A DNA stretch of 64,000 nucleotides from a virus (taxonomy: Duplodnaviria; Caudoviricetes). The notes below the pieces were generated by a model that saw only the letters and a list, made by a program, of their open reading frames with translations, was not told the origin of the DNA and ran no database searches. Shown in pieces: positions 9,508 through 17,702 of the stretch (position 1 is its first letter; each line of letters starts with the position of its first letter). The DNA lies in IMG/VR virus record IMGVR_UViG_3300001336_000005, positions 7,034 through 71,033 of that record. The stretch is one strand, 5' to 3'. Made by a program: the position numbers and the translations under genes.

Positions 9508-9926
9508 GTTTTATATAAACCTTCTTTTTGCTTAAAAACAGAACAATTTTTTAATTTATTTTGTAAAGTTTTATTTTTTTTATAACAAAAAAAATTATCT
9601 TCGTCAAAATGCTTACAATATTCGCAGGATTTAGTAGTAGTAATAAATCCTGCTATAGTAAAAAAAGCAGATTTAGGTCTAACAAAATTTTCAAGTTTAG
9701 TATATTCAAATACGATTCTATCGTTTTCTTCTCTTTTCTCTAAAAACTCTACATTTTCTTGAATTGCTAATTCTCTTATCTTATTATTAAAATTATCATA
9801 TAAAATATAATTATTTTCTAGTATATATTTAGAAAGTTTTTCATTAGAAACTATAAAATATTGAAAAACTTTATCATTTCTAATGAAATAGCGAACCTGT
9901 ACTAAAATTTCTACATATTTTATCAT
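9504..9926 (-). CDS. Hypothetical protein with a C-terminal Cys cluster
   Basis: CEYCKHF..C..C in a tightly coupled operon. Confidence 0.6.
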   Translation of the reverse strand: MIKYVEILVQVRYFIRNDKVFQYFIVSNEKLSKYILENNYILYDNFNNKIRELAIQENVEFLEKREENDRIVFEYTKLENFVRPKSAFFTIAGFITTTKSCEYCKHFDEDNFFCYKKNKTLQNKLKNCSVFKQKEGLYKT

Positions 9927-10090
9927 TATATTTCACTAATGCCATCTTTTTTAATTTTTTCAAGATAATCACTATTTGTGCCATTTTCATCATTTTGAAT
10001 AGCATAAAAAAAATCAAGTGTTTCTATAAGAACTTTTTTTACTCCTTTAATTTCTAATAATATTTGTTTTAAAAGTTCTTCTTGTACCAT
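9926..10090 (-). CDS. Small hypothetical protein (54 aa), missed by the track
   Basis: MVQEELLKQILLEIKG... fills the gap exactly, with a TAATG overlap into the next gene. Confidence 0.6.
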   Translation of the reverse strand: MVQEELLKQILLEIKGVKKVLIETLDFFYAIQNDENGTNSDYLEKIKKDGISEI

Positions 10091-10093
10091 TTA

Positions 10094-10513
10094 TTATTCC
10101 TCTTTACTTTTTTCTTCAAAAACAAACAATTCCATAGTTTTATCTATTGATTTTTTTATATTTTTAATCCTTCTTAAACAATTTTGATAATACATAGCAT
10201 TATTTGATAATCTATTTTCCATTACTTCTTTACTTTCTTCTTCTCTAGGACTATAATAAATATCACTACCACCTGTATTTATAGTTTTTAGTAAATTAGT
10301 AGAAGCTCTTGATAACTCTCTTAAAGAATTAAGTAATTCCTCTGCAAAATCTACTGAAACCATAGAAGCAGAAAGGTTTACTGGGATTTTTGTTTTGTCA
10401 ATTTTATCAAATTCTACTTGCCTTTTTACCGTAATAGTTTCTCCTGAATCTTGTACTTCCGTTGCTATTCTTCCATCATACCATTCTTTTAATTCTGTAT
10501 TCTTCATTTTCAA
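10094..10513 (-). CDS. Hypothetical protein
   Basis: 139-aa ORF in operon context. Confidence 0.6.
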   Translation of the reverse strand: MKMKNTELKEWYDGRIATEVQDSGETITVKRQVEFDKIDKTKIPVNLSASMVSVDFAEELLNSLRELSRASTNLLKTINTGGSDIYYSPREEESKEVMENRLSNNAMYYQNCLRRIKNIKKSIDKTMELFVFEEKSKEE

Positions 10514-10779
10514 TCTTCTCCTTTTTTCAAGAAGAGTTCTTTTATAGCAGATGCTTTTTCTTCATCTTCTATTTCTCCATCCTCTTGTAATTTAATATAC
10601 ATATCTATAAATGTTTTCACATCCCCTTTCTTAACTTTTAAAACTTCAGCTGCTGAATTTTTTACGTTTTTAATCGTATCATTAACTGATTTACGTGCTT
10701 CAAGAGCAAGTTTATATTCATTTACTTTTTGTTCAAAAGCATCTTTATCTATATTACTAAAGTCAAAACCATTAGCCAT
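10510..10779 (-). CDS. T4 DsbA/GapR-like dsDNA-binding protein
   Basis: 89-aa helical protein (KQ.VNEY..ALE.RK.VND.IK.V...AAE.LKV.K.DV). It lies next to rnh, as dsbA does in T4-like phages. Confidence 0.55.
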   Translation of the reverse strand: MANGFDFSNIDKDAFEQKVNEYKLALEARKSVNDTIKNVKNSAAEVLKVKKGDVKTFIDMYIKLQEDGEIEDEEKASAIKELFLKKGED

Positions 10780-11003
10780 TATTTTACCTCCATGTTTTCG
10801 TGATATTGTTTAATTATTCTAAATAAATAATTAACATACTCTAAGTTCTTATATTCTTTTAGTAGCAGAAAATGTTTCATAGGATTAAGGTATATAACAT
10901 TTCCTCTCCTATCTATATATTCATGTAAACTACCATGTTCTCTAAGAATTTTAAAAGATTTTCCTCTATTAGGTAGTCTTTTTTTAATTGCTTTTTTTCT
11001 CAT
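10779..11003 (-). CDS. Hypothetical basic protein
   Basis: 74-aa ORF, SD GGAG, TAATG coupling. Confidence 0.55.
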   Translation of the reverse strand: MRKKAIKKRLPNRGKSFKILREHGSLHEYIDRRGNVIYLNPMKHFLLLKEYKNLEYVNYLFRIIKQYHENMEVK

Positions 11004-11014
11004 CTATTTCTCCA

Positions 11015-11995
11015 TTATAATATATTTTTTAAGAAGTCATCTATATCTTCCACGGCTTTATCAACATCTATTTGTTCGGTTGCTTCTTTATTGCTAGTTA
11101 TATTATTTATTTCATCTTTTTCTAAAATAATTTTTGTTTCTTCCAAAGCTTCTCTTATATTAGTACTAACACTACCCCATCTATTAAGATGATCGTTAAG
11201 CTTATTTTCAAACATAAAATATTCAACTTTACCAACATCAAGTTCGTTCCATTTTTGATTTTCATATTCTTCTATTGTTTTTTTATGAAACTCTTCTGGA
11301 TAAACAGATAAATCTACAATTTTTAAAATATTTTCATAAAGTTGTTTATTATCTCCTTTATTTATTTTTTCATTCCAAATAGTTTCATCGTTAATCATTT
11401 TTTCAAAAGTCTTATCGCCTATTCTATATAACCCAGCAATATTATCACTTCTATCCCCAACTATTGCTTTGTATTTTAATATTTCTTTTTTTGGCTTAAC
11501 TAGTTGTCTTTTAATTGGATTAAAAATGTTAATTTTTTTATTAAAATTATGTAATTGAGTTAAATCTCCATCACTTGAAACAACAAGAACATCTTCTCCA
11601 TTATCAGCAAAATACATTGATAGAGCATAAATAACATCATCTGCTTCCGCTCCATTAACTTTTATAGTTTTAGTTGGGTAGTTTTTCATTAATTCATCAA
11701 GAGCTGGTAATGATTTTTTCATTACATAATAACTATTATCTTTGTTTTGTACTCTATTTGCTTTATATTGTGGATATATTTGTTTTCTATAATCTAAAGA
11801 ATTATGACCTTCTTTACAAATAATTAATTTACCATATTCCTGAAATAGATCATTCATTTTATTTAAATATAGATGATAAAAAAATGGTAAATCTTCTTCA
11901 AAAAATTCATCAGTTCCATTCTTTTCAAAAACTTTTTTCTTTGCCATACTAAAGCTGATGAATATTAAATTCATTTCATCTAACAATACTTTCAT
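11015..11995 (-). CDS. rnh: T4 RNase H / 5'-3' flap exonuclease
   Basis: LLD, YR..IYPQYKANR, EADDVI, SSDGDLTQL, GDRSDNI.G. Confidence 0.92.
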   Translation of the reverse strand: MKVLLDEMNLIFISFSMAKKKVFEKNGTDEFFEEDLPFFYHLYLNKMNDLFQEYGKLIICKEGHNSLDYRKQIYPQYKANRVQNKDNSYYVMKKSLPALDELMKNYPTKTIKVNGAEADDVIYALSMYFADNGEDVLVVSSDGDLTQLHNFNKKINIFNPIKRQLVKPKKEILKYKAIVGDRSDNIAGLYRIGDKTFEKMINDETIWNEKINKGDNKQLYENILKIVDLSVYPEEFHKKTIEEYENQKWNELDVGKVEYFMFENKLNDHLNRWGSVSTNIREALEETKIILEKDEINNITSNKEATEQIDVDKAVEDIDDFLKNIL

Positions 11996-12012
11996 ACATT
12001 TCTCCTATTTTA

Positions 12013-12041
12013 ATTATAGAAAATAAAATATTTTTTGTCAA
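12013..12041 (-). promoter_or_regulatory. Sigma70 promoter for the rnh operon
   Basis: TTGACA-17-TATAAT. Confidence 0.88.
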
Positions 12042-12049
12042 TGTATTTT

Positions 12050-12640
12050 TTATGGAATATAATCTTCTTTAAGTAACGCTATTAATATTTTTTTTAGTTT
12101 TTCGTTTTTTCTCAAAGACAACTTTTTCAACTCTATTTCCTCAATTGTAAAATCGTACTTAATTTTACCTTGTTTAATTGCTTTTAGGAAAGTTTTACTA
12201 AATATTAATACATATTCTGAAAAATTTTCTTCTTCATAAAAAATAATATTTTTATTATTTTCAAAAAAATCTTCTATCTTATTTCCTTTCTGTAACCAAT
12301 CAAATATATATTTTATTGTATATTTGATACTTGCTAACCTCTGATCTAATTTATCTTCATTATTATTTATGATTTTAAAATCTTCAAAATGATCTTTTGT
12401 TTCTTTTCTTAAAAGCATAAATGGCATAAAATCTTTCTTAGCATTAAACATATACTCCATAAATAAATATGGCTGCCAATCTTCTTTATACATAAAGAAC
12501 TCGGCAGCCTTTACAAAATGATTCCACCATTTAGTAGTTTTAACATTTCTGATGGAAAATAATATTTTTCTATTATGTTTTTTTGCTTGAAAGAAGTAAG
12601 CACTCGCTAAATTTATAGCTTCTTCTTCAACTATTTTCAT
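12050..12640 (-). CDS. Hypothetical protein
   Basis: 196-aa ORF with no recognised motif. Confidence 0.6.
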   Translation of the reverse strand: MKIVEEEAINLASAYFFQAKKHNRKILFSIRNVKTTKWWNHFVKAAEFFMYKEDWQPYLFMEYMFNAKKDFMPFMLLRKETKDHFEDFKIINNNEDKLDQRLASIKYTIKYIFDWLQKGNKIEDFFENNKNIIFYEEENFSEYVLIFSKTFLKAIKQGKIKYDFTIEEIELKKLSLRKNEKLKKILIALLKEDYIP

Positions 12641-12954
12641 GACATAACTTTTGTTTTCCTATTAAGAGAATTTTTTACAACTTGTACTTTATTTAAAACT
12701 GGTTCTGTTACCTTTATTTTAGTGCCAACTGCTTGCTTTTGCTGTCTATTTTTTTGTAATTTATATTTTTCTACAGCGGCCCTTAAAGCGTTTAAATTAG
12801 TCTCTAAATCATCACTATCAAATTCTATAGAATTTGCAACATCTGGATTTTCTTTAGCAAACTTTTTAAAGTTGTTAAGCAAATAATTCATATTGTTAAC
12901 TGCTGTATCAGCAGTTCTAATATCAAGTTCCTCTAATATTTCAGAAAGTTTCAT
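12637..12954 (-). CDS. Hypothetical protein, putative internal head protein
   Basis: N-terminus MKLSEILEE; late motif at 12991-13000. Confidence 0.55.
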   Translation of the reverse strand: MKLSEILEELDIRTADTAVNNMNYLLNNFKKFAKENPDVANSIEFDSDDLETNLNALRAAVEKYKLQKNRQQKQAVGTKIKVTEPVLNKVQVVKNSLNRKTKVMS

Positions 12955-12965
12955 TTATAACTCCA

Positions 12966-13232
12966 TTACATAAACTCTTCGTCGTTATAAGTATCTTTAC
13001 TTTCTTTATTTGCTTTAAGTAGTTCCTTTTTATTTGTTAATATAGGTTCTTTTCTATTTTCTATAAATTCGGGAACTACAATCTCTTCTTCATACGGAAA
13101 AATATCCTCCTTTTTAAATTTTGAAGTAGTATTTTTATATCTACATATATAATATTCACCATCATATAAATAAGGAACTATTACAACTCCCTCTTTATCT
13201 CTGTATTTATTAAAAATTTTAATGTATTTCAT
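12966..13232 (-). CDS. Hypothetical protein
   Basis: 88-aa ORF coupled to the DnaE fragment 4 stop. Confidence 0.55.
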   Translation of the reverse strand: MKYIKIFNKYRDKEGVVIVPYLYDGEYYICRYKNTTSKFKKEDIFPYEEEIVVPEFIENRKEPILTNKKELLKANKESKDTYNDEEFM

Positions 13233-14476
13233 TATATTACCTTTTTTACAAAACTCTTCATTACTTTTTCACTTCTAGTCCACTCTTTTCTTCCAAACAT
13301 AACTTGACCTTCGTCATTTTTATATAAATTTAAAAGAAAAATAGAACCATTCTTAAAAGTATCTTTTAAAACTCCCCAAAAATTTTGAAATATTGGAATT
13401 TTTACCTCTACTCCAGTTGTGTCTTCTATTGTAATAAAAGCCATTTCATTTCCATTTCTATCGTTAAATATTCTCATTCCAGTTATATATACTGGAATTT
13501 TCATAGACGACTCAGTAATTTCATAAAAAGATTCTTTTAAAATTCCTTTAGAATAATAATCACTAAAAACTTTTAATAATTTTTCTGGAAAAGCTGAGGT
13601 AAAAAAATTAACTCCGAAATATTTTTTTTCATTTTCTCTTTTTTCTTCTATAGAAAATTTTAATCCAGGAATTTTTTCAATATCACTAATTGCTTCATTC
13701 CAAATTATTTCTAATTTTTCATCTACCTTAATACTTTTTTTGTTTTCATTGTATTTTTCAAAAGCAGATAATAATTGTTTTGTATTTAGATTTTTTTCTA
13801 TTTCTTCAAAAGCTCCAGCGTATATTAAAGCGCTTATAACTTTTTTATTTATAACTTTTCCATTTTCTTTGGCTACTCTTAAAAAATCAAAAAAACTATT
13901 ATATGGTCTATTTTCTATAATAGCATTAACTGCTTTTTCTCCAACTTGCTTAATATTACTTAATCCATAATATATTTTATTTCCTTTTGGAGATACATTT
14001 TCTTTTGAAGTATTAACTTCTGGGGGAACTATTTTAAATCCTTTCTTTGCCGTTGTTCTTAAAACGCCTAAAAGATTATTTTCTTTTTCTGTTTCATATT
14101 GTATTATAGAAGAGTAAAAATATTTTCTAAAATAGTGTGTCATGTATAAGGACATTGCAGCAATATAAGTATAAGCTACAGCATGTGATTTATTAAATGA
14201 ATAGGAACTCATTTGAAGCATATCATTGGCAATAGACTTTGCTTCTCTATGAGTTAAACCATGTTTAACTGCTTCCACCTCAAATCTTTCAATAATACTA
14301 TCCCAAGAGTCCAAATCTTCTTTTTTCTTATCTGCTTTGCCTAATTTTTTCATTAAGCCTCTAACCATATTACAATTATGAACCAATACATTATTTGCGA
14401 AAAAATTGTGATTATCTTCTATTTCTAAATCGTAAACAATGTCTGATTTAATTTTTTTTATTTTTTTGATCTTCAT
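13232..14476 (-). CDS. dnaE: DnaE fragment 4: C-half of a split intein (34 aa) plus distal fingers, HhH and OB-fold
   Basis: Start ATG 14476 with GGAG SD. IntC is MKIKKIKKIKSDIVYDLEIEDNHNFFANNVLVHN|C, followed by YSFNKSHAVAY, PPEVNTS, GLSNIKQVG, ALIYAGAF, MAFITIED. Confidence 0.95.
   Translation of the reverse strand: MKIKKIKKIKSDIVYDLEIEDNHNFFANNVLVHNCNMVRGLMKKLGKADKKKEDLDSWDSIIERFEVEAVKHGLTHREAKSIANDMLQMSSYSFNKSHAVAYTYIAAMSLYMTHYFRKYFYSSIIQYETEKENNLLGVLRTTAKKGFKIVPPEVNTSKENVSPKGNKIYYGLSNIKQVGEKAVNAIIENRPYNSFFDFLRVAKENGKVINKKVISALIYAGAFEEIEKNLNTKQLLSAFEKYNENKKSIKVDEKLEIIWNEAISDIEKIPGLKFSIEEKRENEKKYFGVNFFTSAFPEKLLKVFSDYYSKGILKESFYEITESSMKIPVYITGMRIFNDRNGNEMAFITIEDTTGVEVKIPIFQNFWGVLKDTFKNGSIFLLNLYKNDEGQVMFGRKEWTRSEKVMKSFVKKVI
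14375..14476 (-). mobile_element. Split intein C-fragment (IntC)
   Basis: Block F VYDLEIEDNHNF and block G LVHN, with Cys at +1 (14372-14374). Confidence 0.95.
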
Positions 14477-15343
14477 TTCTTCTCCAATGATAGCCACCGC
14501 AAGTTTTCAATTTACCATCGCAACATCTACCTATATCCCCAGAAACCTTGTAACCTATATCTCTCGCCGCTTCTGATTGAGAATCGTATATTTTTCCTGT
14601 TTCCACGCAGATTACTTTTTTATAATTGGTTGGTTTTTTTAATCTTTTTTTATTATAAAACTCATTTTTTTTATAATCAATCAACGGATTGAATTTTTCC
14701 CAATGATACCCATTTGCTGTTTTCGTTTTGCCCAGAACGGCATCGCAAATAGTAGACACTGATCTGTTGTTATCCATAGCAGCTTCTTTATATGAAAAAT
14801 AACCCTTGGCGTCCTCTATTCTTATTATTAAATAATTTATTTTATTATAATACTGATTCCTGGAATAATCGACACCTTCTTCAAAATCGTCCCAGTGATA
14901 ATTATTAGATAAAATATTTTTATCATTAATAGATTTTTTTATACACCAACCATCTTTCAAATTATTACCGATAGCCGCTTTTTTTTGAGAGTTGTAAACC
15001 TTTCCAGTTTCCAGACAAATAACTTTTTTTCTTGCTGTTCTATGAACCCATTTTTTAATTTTTCATACAACTTTGAGTTTATTTTAAACTCTATTTTGTT
15101 TTTAGTGTTATTCATTAACCAAAAAGCAAATAGCATTTCTTTATTATTATATATTTTCCATAATAAATAATGAGCAAGATAATGTTCTCTATAAGAGAGT
15201 AAAACTAAATTCTCCTCATCGTCTCCTCCACCCATACTTTTTGGTTTTATATGATGTAGTTCATAGATTTCTTCATTGTTTCTTTTTCTATTTAAAGATT
15301 TAACATACCCAATATATTTTCTATAATTCATTTCATAATCCAT
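14448..15343 (-). mobile_element. Free-standing HNH homing endonuclease with three NUMOD1-like repeats, read in two frames (15343-14957 and 14960-14448) offset by -1
   Basis: HHIKPKSMGG.D.EENLV.L..REHYLAH in the first frame. The -1 frame continues KKVICLETGKVYNSQKKAA...YHW, then two more KVIC.ETG..Y.S..EAA...GYHW-type repeats. Confidence 0.85.
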
Positions 15344-15364
15344 CGTATTCTCCTGTATTTATCT

Positions 15365-16042
15365 TTACGATGGATTATGAAAAAGCTCATCTTCATCTGT
15401 TAACTCTTCCGCTTTCACCCATCCTCTATTTTGTGTGAAGATTTTATGATCAGGCGTGCATTTTAAGGTTTCTCCATTTTCAAACTCTATTTCTATTAAA
15501 GTTCTTTCTCCATTATTTAAATATCTTTTTATTTCTTTCCATTCTTTTTCCTTACTTTCTTCGTTATAAGAAAGAACTTTTACATCAAGATTGTTTTCAA
15601 CTATTTCTTTTATTGAAACATTACCAATATTAGTCGTTATTTTTTCATCTCCTTGAATACACTCTTCCAAAGAAAATCCACCAATTTTATTAAAAATTGA
15701 CATTACGCTTTCTTGATATAATATTACTCCGTTTGTGTCTTTTGTGATTTTATAAATAGGTTCTGGTATGTTATGAGTTTCACTATCTCTATTTTTTACA
15801 TATTCTGGAGCAAAACTACTAGTACCAGGTCTTGCAAAGGCATTACATGCTACAATTTCATCAAAATTTTTTGGTTTAATCATATTTACCATAATCTTTG
15901 CAGTATATCCTGTAAGCTGAAAGATTCCAATAGAATCTGGATCATTTACTTCTTTATATAAATTTTCATCATTTAAATCTATATCATAAATAAAATCTAT
16001 TAATTCTTTTTTAGATATTTTTTTTATAATTTTAATTGCCAT
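15365..16042 (-). CDS. dnaE: DnaE fragment 3: proximal fingers (127 aa) plus N-half of a split intein (98 aa)
   Basis: GIFQL, NAFARPG, TNGVILYQESVM, GGFSLEE|CIQGDEKI...CTPDHKIFT..GWVKAEEL. Confidence 0.95.
   Translation of the reverse strand: MAIKIIKKISKKELIDFIYDIDLNDENLYKEVNDPDSIGIFQLTGYTAKIMVNMIKPKNFDEIVACNAFARPGTSSFAPEYVKNRDSETHNIPEPIYKITKDTNGVILYQESVMSIFNKIGGFSLEECIQGDEKITTNIGNVSIKEIVENNLDVKVLSYNEESKEKEWKEIKRYLNNGERTLIEIEFENGETLKCTPDHKIFTQNRGWVKAEELTDEDELFHNPS
15368..15661 (-). mobile_element. Split intein N-fragment (IntN)
   Basis: Cys1 at 15659-15661, block B TPDH, acidic C-terminal tail, then a stop codon. Confidence 0.95.
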
Positions 16043-16446
16043 TATATAAACTCTTTTCCTGTTTCTTCTTTATATAAAGTAAGTAATTCTGGATTATATA
16101 TATTTCCAAATGTTTTTTTAGCCCATTCGTTTTTTTCTTCATCCATACTAATAAATCTTGCTATTCTATTTCTTCTATTTTCTTTTCTAAATATTTCACC
16201 GATTTTAAAAGTTGAATTTTGCCAAATGAATGACATTAAATTAAACTCTGGATTTATTTTTTCCTGTATCACTTTTTTCCATAAATTTTCAAGACATTCT
16301 TGAATCATATCATTTCTTTTTTCTTCATCATAAACATTATACTTTCTTATTAATAAAAAATTAGTTATCTCTCTTGCTTCTTTAAAGAAAAAATCATAAT
16401 CTTTTTTTTTAAATTTTTCTGATAAAACTTGTTTGTCTATATTCAT
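16042..16446 (-). CDS. T4 gp55-like truncated sigma factor (candidate late sigma)
   Basis: Sigma region-2 pattern IT.FL...Y....DMIQECLE.LWK......NP..N..S.I.Q...F.I..I.RKE.RR resembles gp55. No region 4. Confidence 0.65.
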   Translation of the reverse strand: MNIDKQVLSEKFKKKDYDFFFKEAREITNFLLIRKYNVYDEEKRNDMIQECLENLWKKVIQEKINPEFNLMSFIWQNSTFKIGEIFRKENRRNRIARFISMDEEKNEWAKKTFGNIYNPELLTLYKEETGKEFI

Positions 16447-16661
16447 TATCTACCTTCATTTTTAGGTTTACCATCATGTATTCCTAAATAATAAACTACA
16501 TCTCCATAAATTTTTGATAGCTTGCCTATAGCATTTGAAATTCTAACTATGCTATGACCTTCCCCTTTAACTGATTCTTCTTCAATTTTATTAATATGAA
16601 CTTCCATTTCTTTTATTTTATTTGTAATTAAATCATCAATCTCTTCGTTTCGTAAACCCAT
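16446..16661 (-). CDS. Hypothetical protein
   Basis: 71-aa ORF coupled by a TAATG overlap. Confidence 0.55.
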   Translation of the reverse strand: MGLRNEEIDDLITNKIKEMEVHINKIEEESVKGEGHSIVRISNAIGKLSKIYGDVVYYLGIHDGKPKNEGR

Positions 16662-16681
16662 TTTTTTCTCCTAAATTTTAT

Positions 16682-17554
16682 CTAAACAACTTCTTTTATT
16701 TTTTCTAAATAAGATTCTGGAACAGCTTTTATAATTCCATCCTCTTCTATTAAATAAATTTCTTCATCAATCATTTCTACTGCGTTTTTAATAACATCTA
16801 AAGTTGATATTCCGAGTATATCAAATTTAATAACTCCTAATTCGTCTAAATCAGTTTTTTGTCCGCTTTCTTGATAACCTGTTACTAATATGCCTTGAAC
16901 TCTTTCTACAGGAACATAATTATAAACTGGCTCTGGTAAAATACAAATTCCACCTGCATGTTTTCCTGCCTGTCTAGGACGATCTATAAATTTAGGAACT
17001 AAATCAAATATTTCTTTCTTGCTTTCATAAAATTTATATAAATTATAATCAGAAATTTTTAAAGAATCTAAGTTTTCCTCCCAAGTTAATTCTCTATCCA
17101 ATGCCTTAGAAAATTCATTAGATTTTTCATAAGGTATTTTATAAAATCTAAGAATATCTCTTACAGCAGATTTCATACCTAATGTATTTTGAGTTCCTAC
17201 ATTAATAACACAATCTTCTCCATATTTTTCTTTTAAATATTCTAAAATAAATTCTCTACCACCACCTTGAAAATCAACATCTACATCAATTCCTCCAGAA
17301 GCTCCTTTGGAAACTTGAACCATATCTATCTTTTCATTTGTAATTTTTTCTGTAAATTCTAAAACATAAGGTAAAATGTATTGAGTTTGTATTTTTTCTT
17401 TATTATCAACAAATTCTTGATAAATATCTCTTCCATTATTGTAAAATCTTTCAGCAGTTTTTAGTTCAATTAAAAACTGCTGTTTCTGCTTTTCATTGAG
17501 TTCTTTTAATCTTTTTTTTGTTTTACATGTATTTATTAACTCTTGATATGTCAT
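16682..17554 (-). CDS. dnaE: DnaE fragment 2: catalytic palm and thumb
   Basis: IDVDVDF..GRE.ILEYL..KYG, GT..TLGMKSAVRD, KHAGG, KFDILG. All three catalytic Asp equivalents are present. Confidence 0.93.
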   Translation of the reverse strand: MTYQELINTCKTKKRLKELNEKQKQQFLIELKTAERFYNNGRDIYQEFVDNKEKIQTQYILPYVLEFTEKITNEKIDMVQVSKGASGGIDVDVDFQGGGREFILEYLKEKYGEDCVINVGTQNTLGMKSAVRDILRFYKIPYEKSNEFSKALDRELTWEENLDSLKISDYNLYKFYESKKEIFDLVPKFIDRPRQAGKHAGGICILPEPVYNYVPVERVQGILVTGYQESGQKTDLDELGVIKFDILGISTLDVIKNAVEMIDEEIYLIEEDGIIKAVPESYLEKIKEVV

Positions 17555-17560
17555 ATAATA

Positions 17561-17589
17561 ATTATATATTTAAAAATTATTTTTGTCAA
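17561..17589 (-). promoter_or_regulatory. Sigma70 promoter for DnaE fragment 2 (leaderless spacing)
   Basis: TTGACA-17-TATAAT, with the ATG 6 nt downstream and no SD. Confidence 0.85.
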
Positions 17590-17603
17590 CTTATTTTTAT
17601 GAT

Positions 17604-17630
17604 AAAAAAAAGCGGCTATAAAAGCCGCTT
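17604..17630 (-). terminator. Rho-independent terminator downstream of nrdJ
   Basis: AAGCGGCT/AGCCGCTT stem with a T-run on the minus strand. Confidence 0.85.
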
Positions 17631-17667
17631 AAAATTGATAAGGTTTGTAAGCAACGCTTACATTAAT

Positions 17668-17696
17668 ATTATACATTTTTTTATAATTTTTGTCAA
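17668..17696 (-). promoter_or_regulatory. Sigma70 promoter followed after ~60 nt by a terminator
   Basis: TTGACA-17-TATAAT. Confidence 0.8.
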
Positions 17697-17702
17697 ATTA
17701 TT

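Noticed and set aside
15990-16770. A second functional split intein at F2/F3
   Set aside because: There is no Cys/Ser1, no TxxH block and no HN-C/S/T junction. It is kept only as a docking-tail hypothesis.
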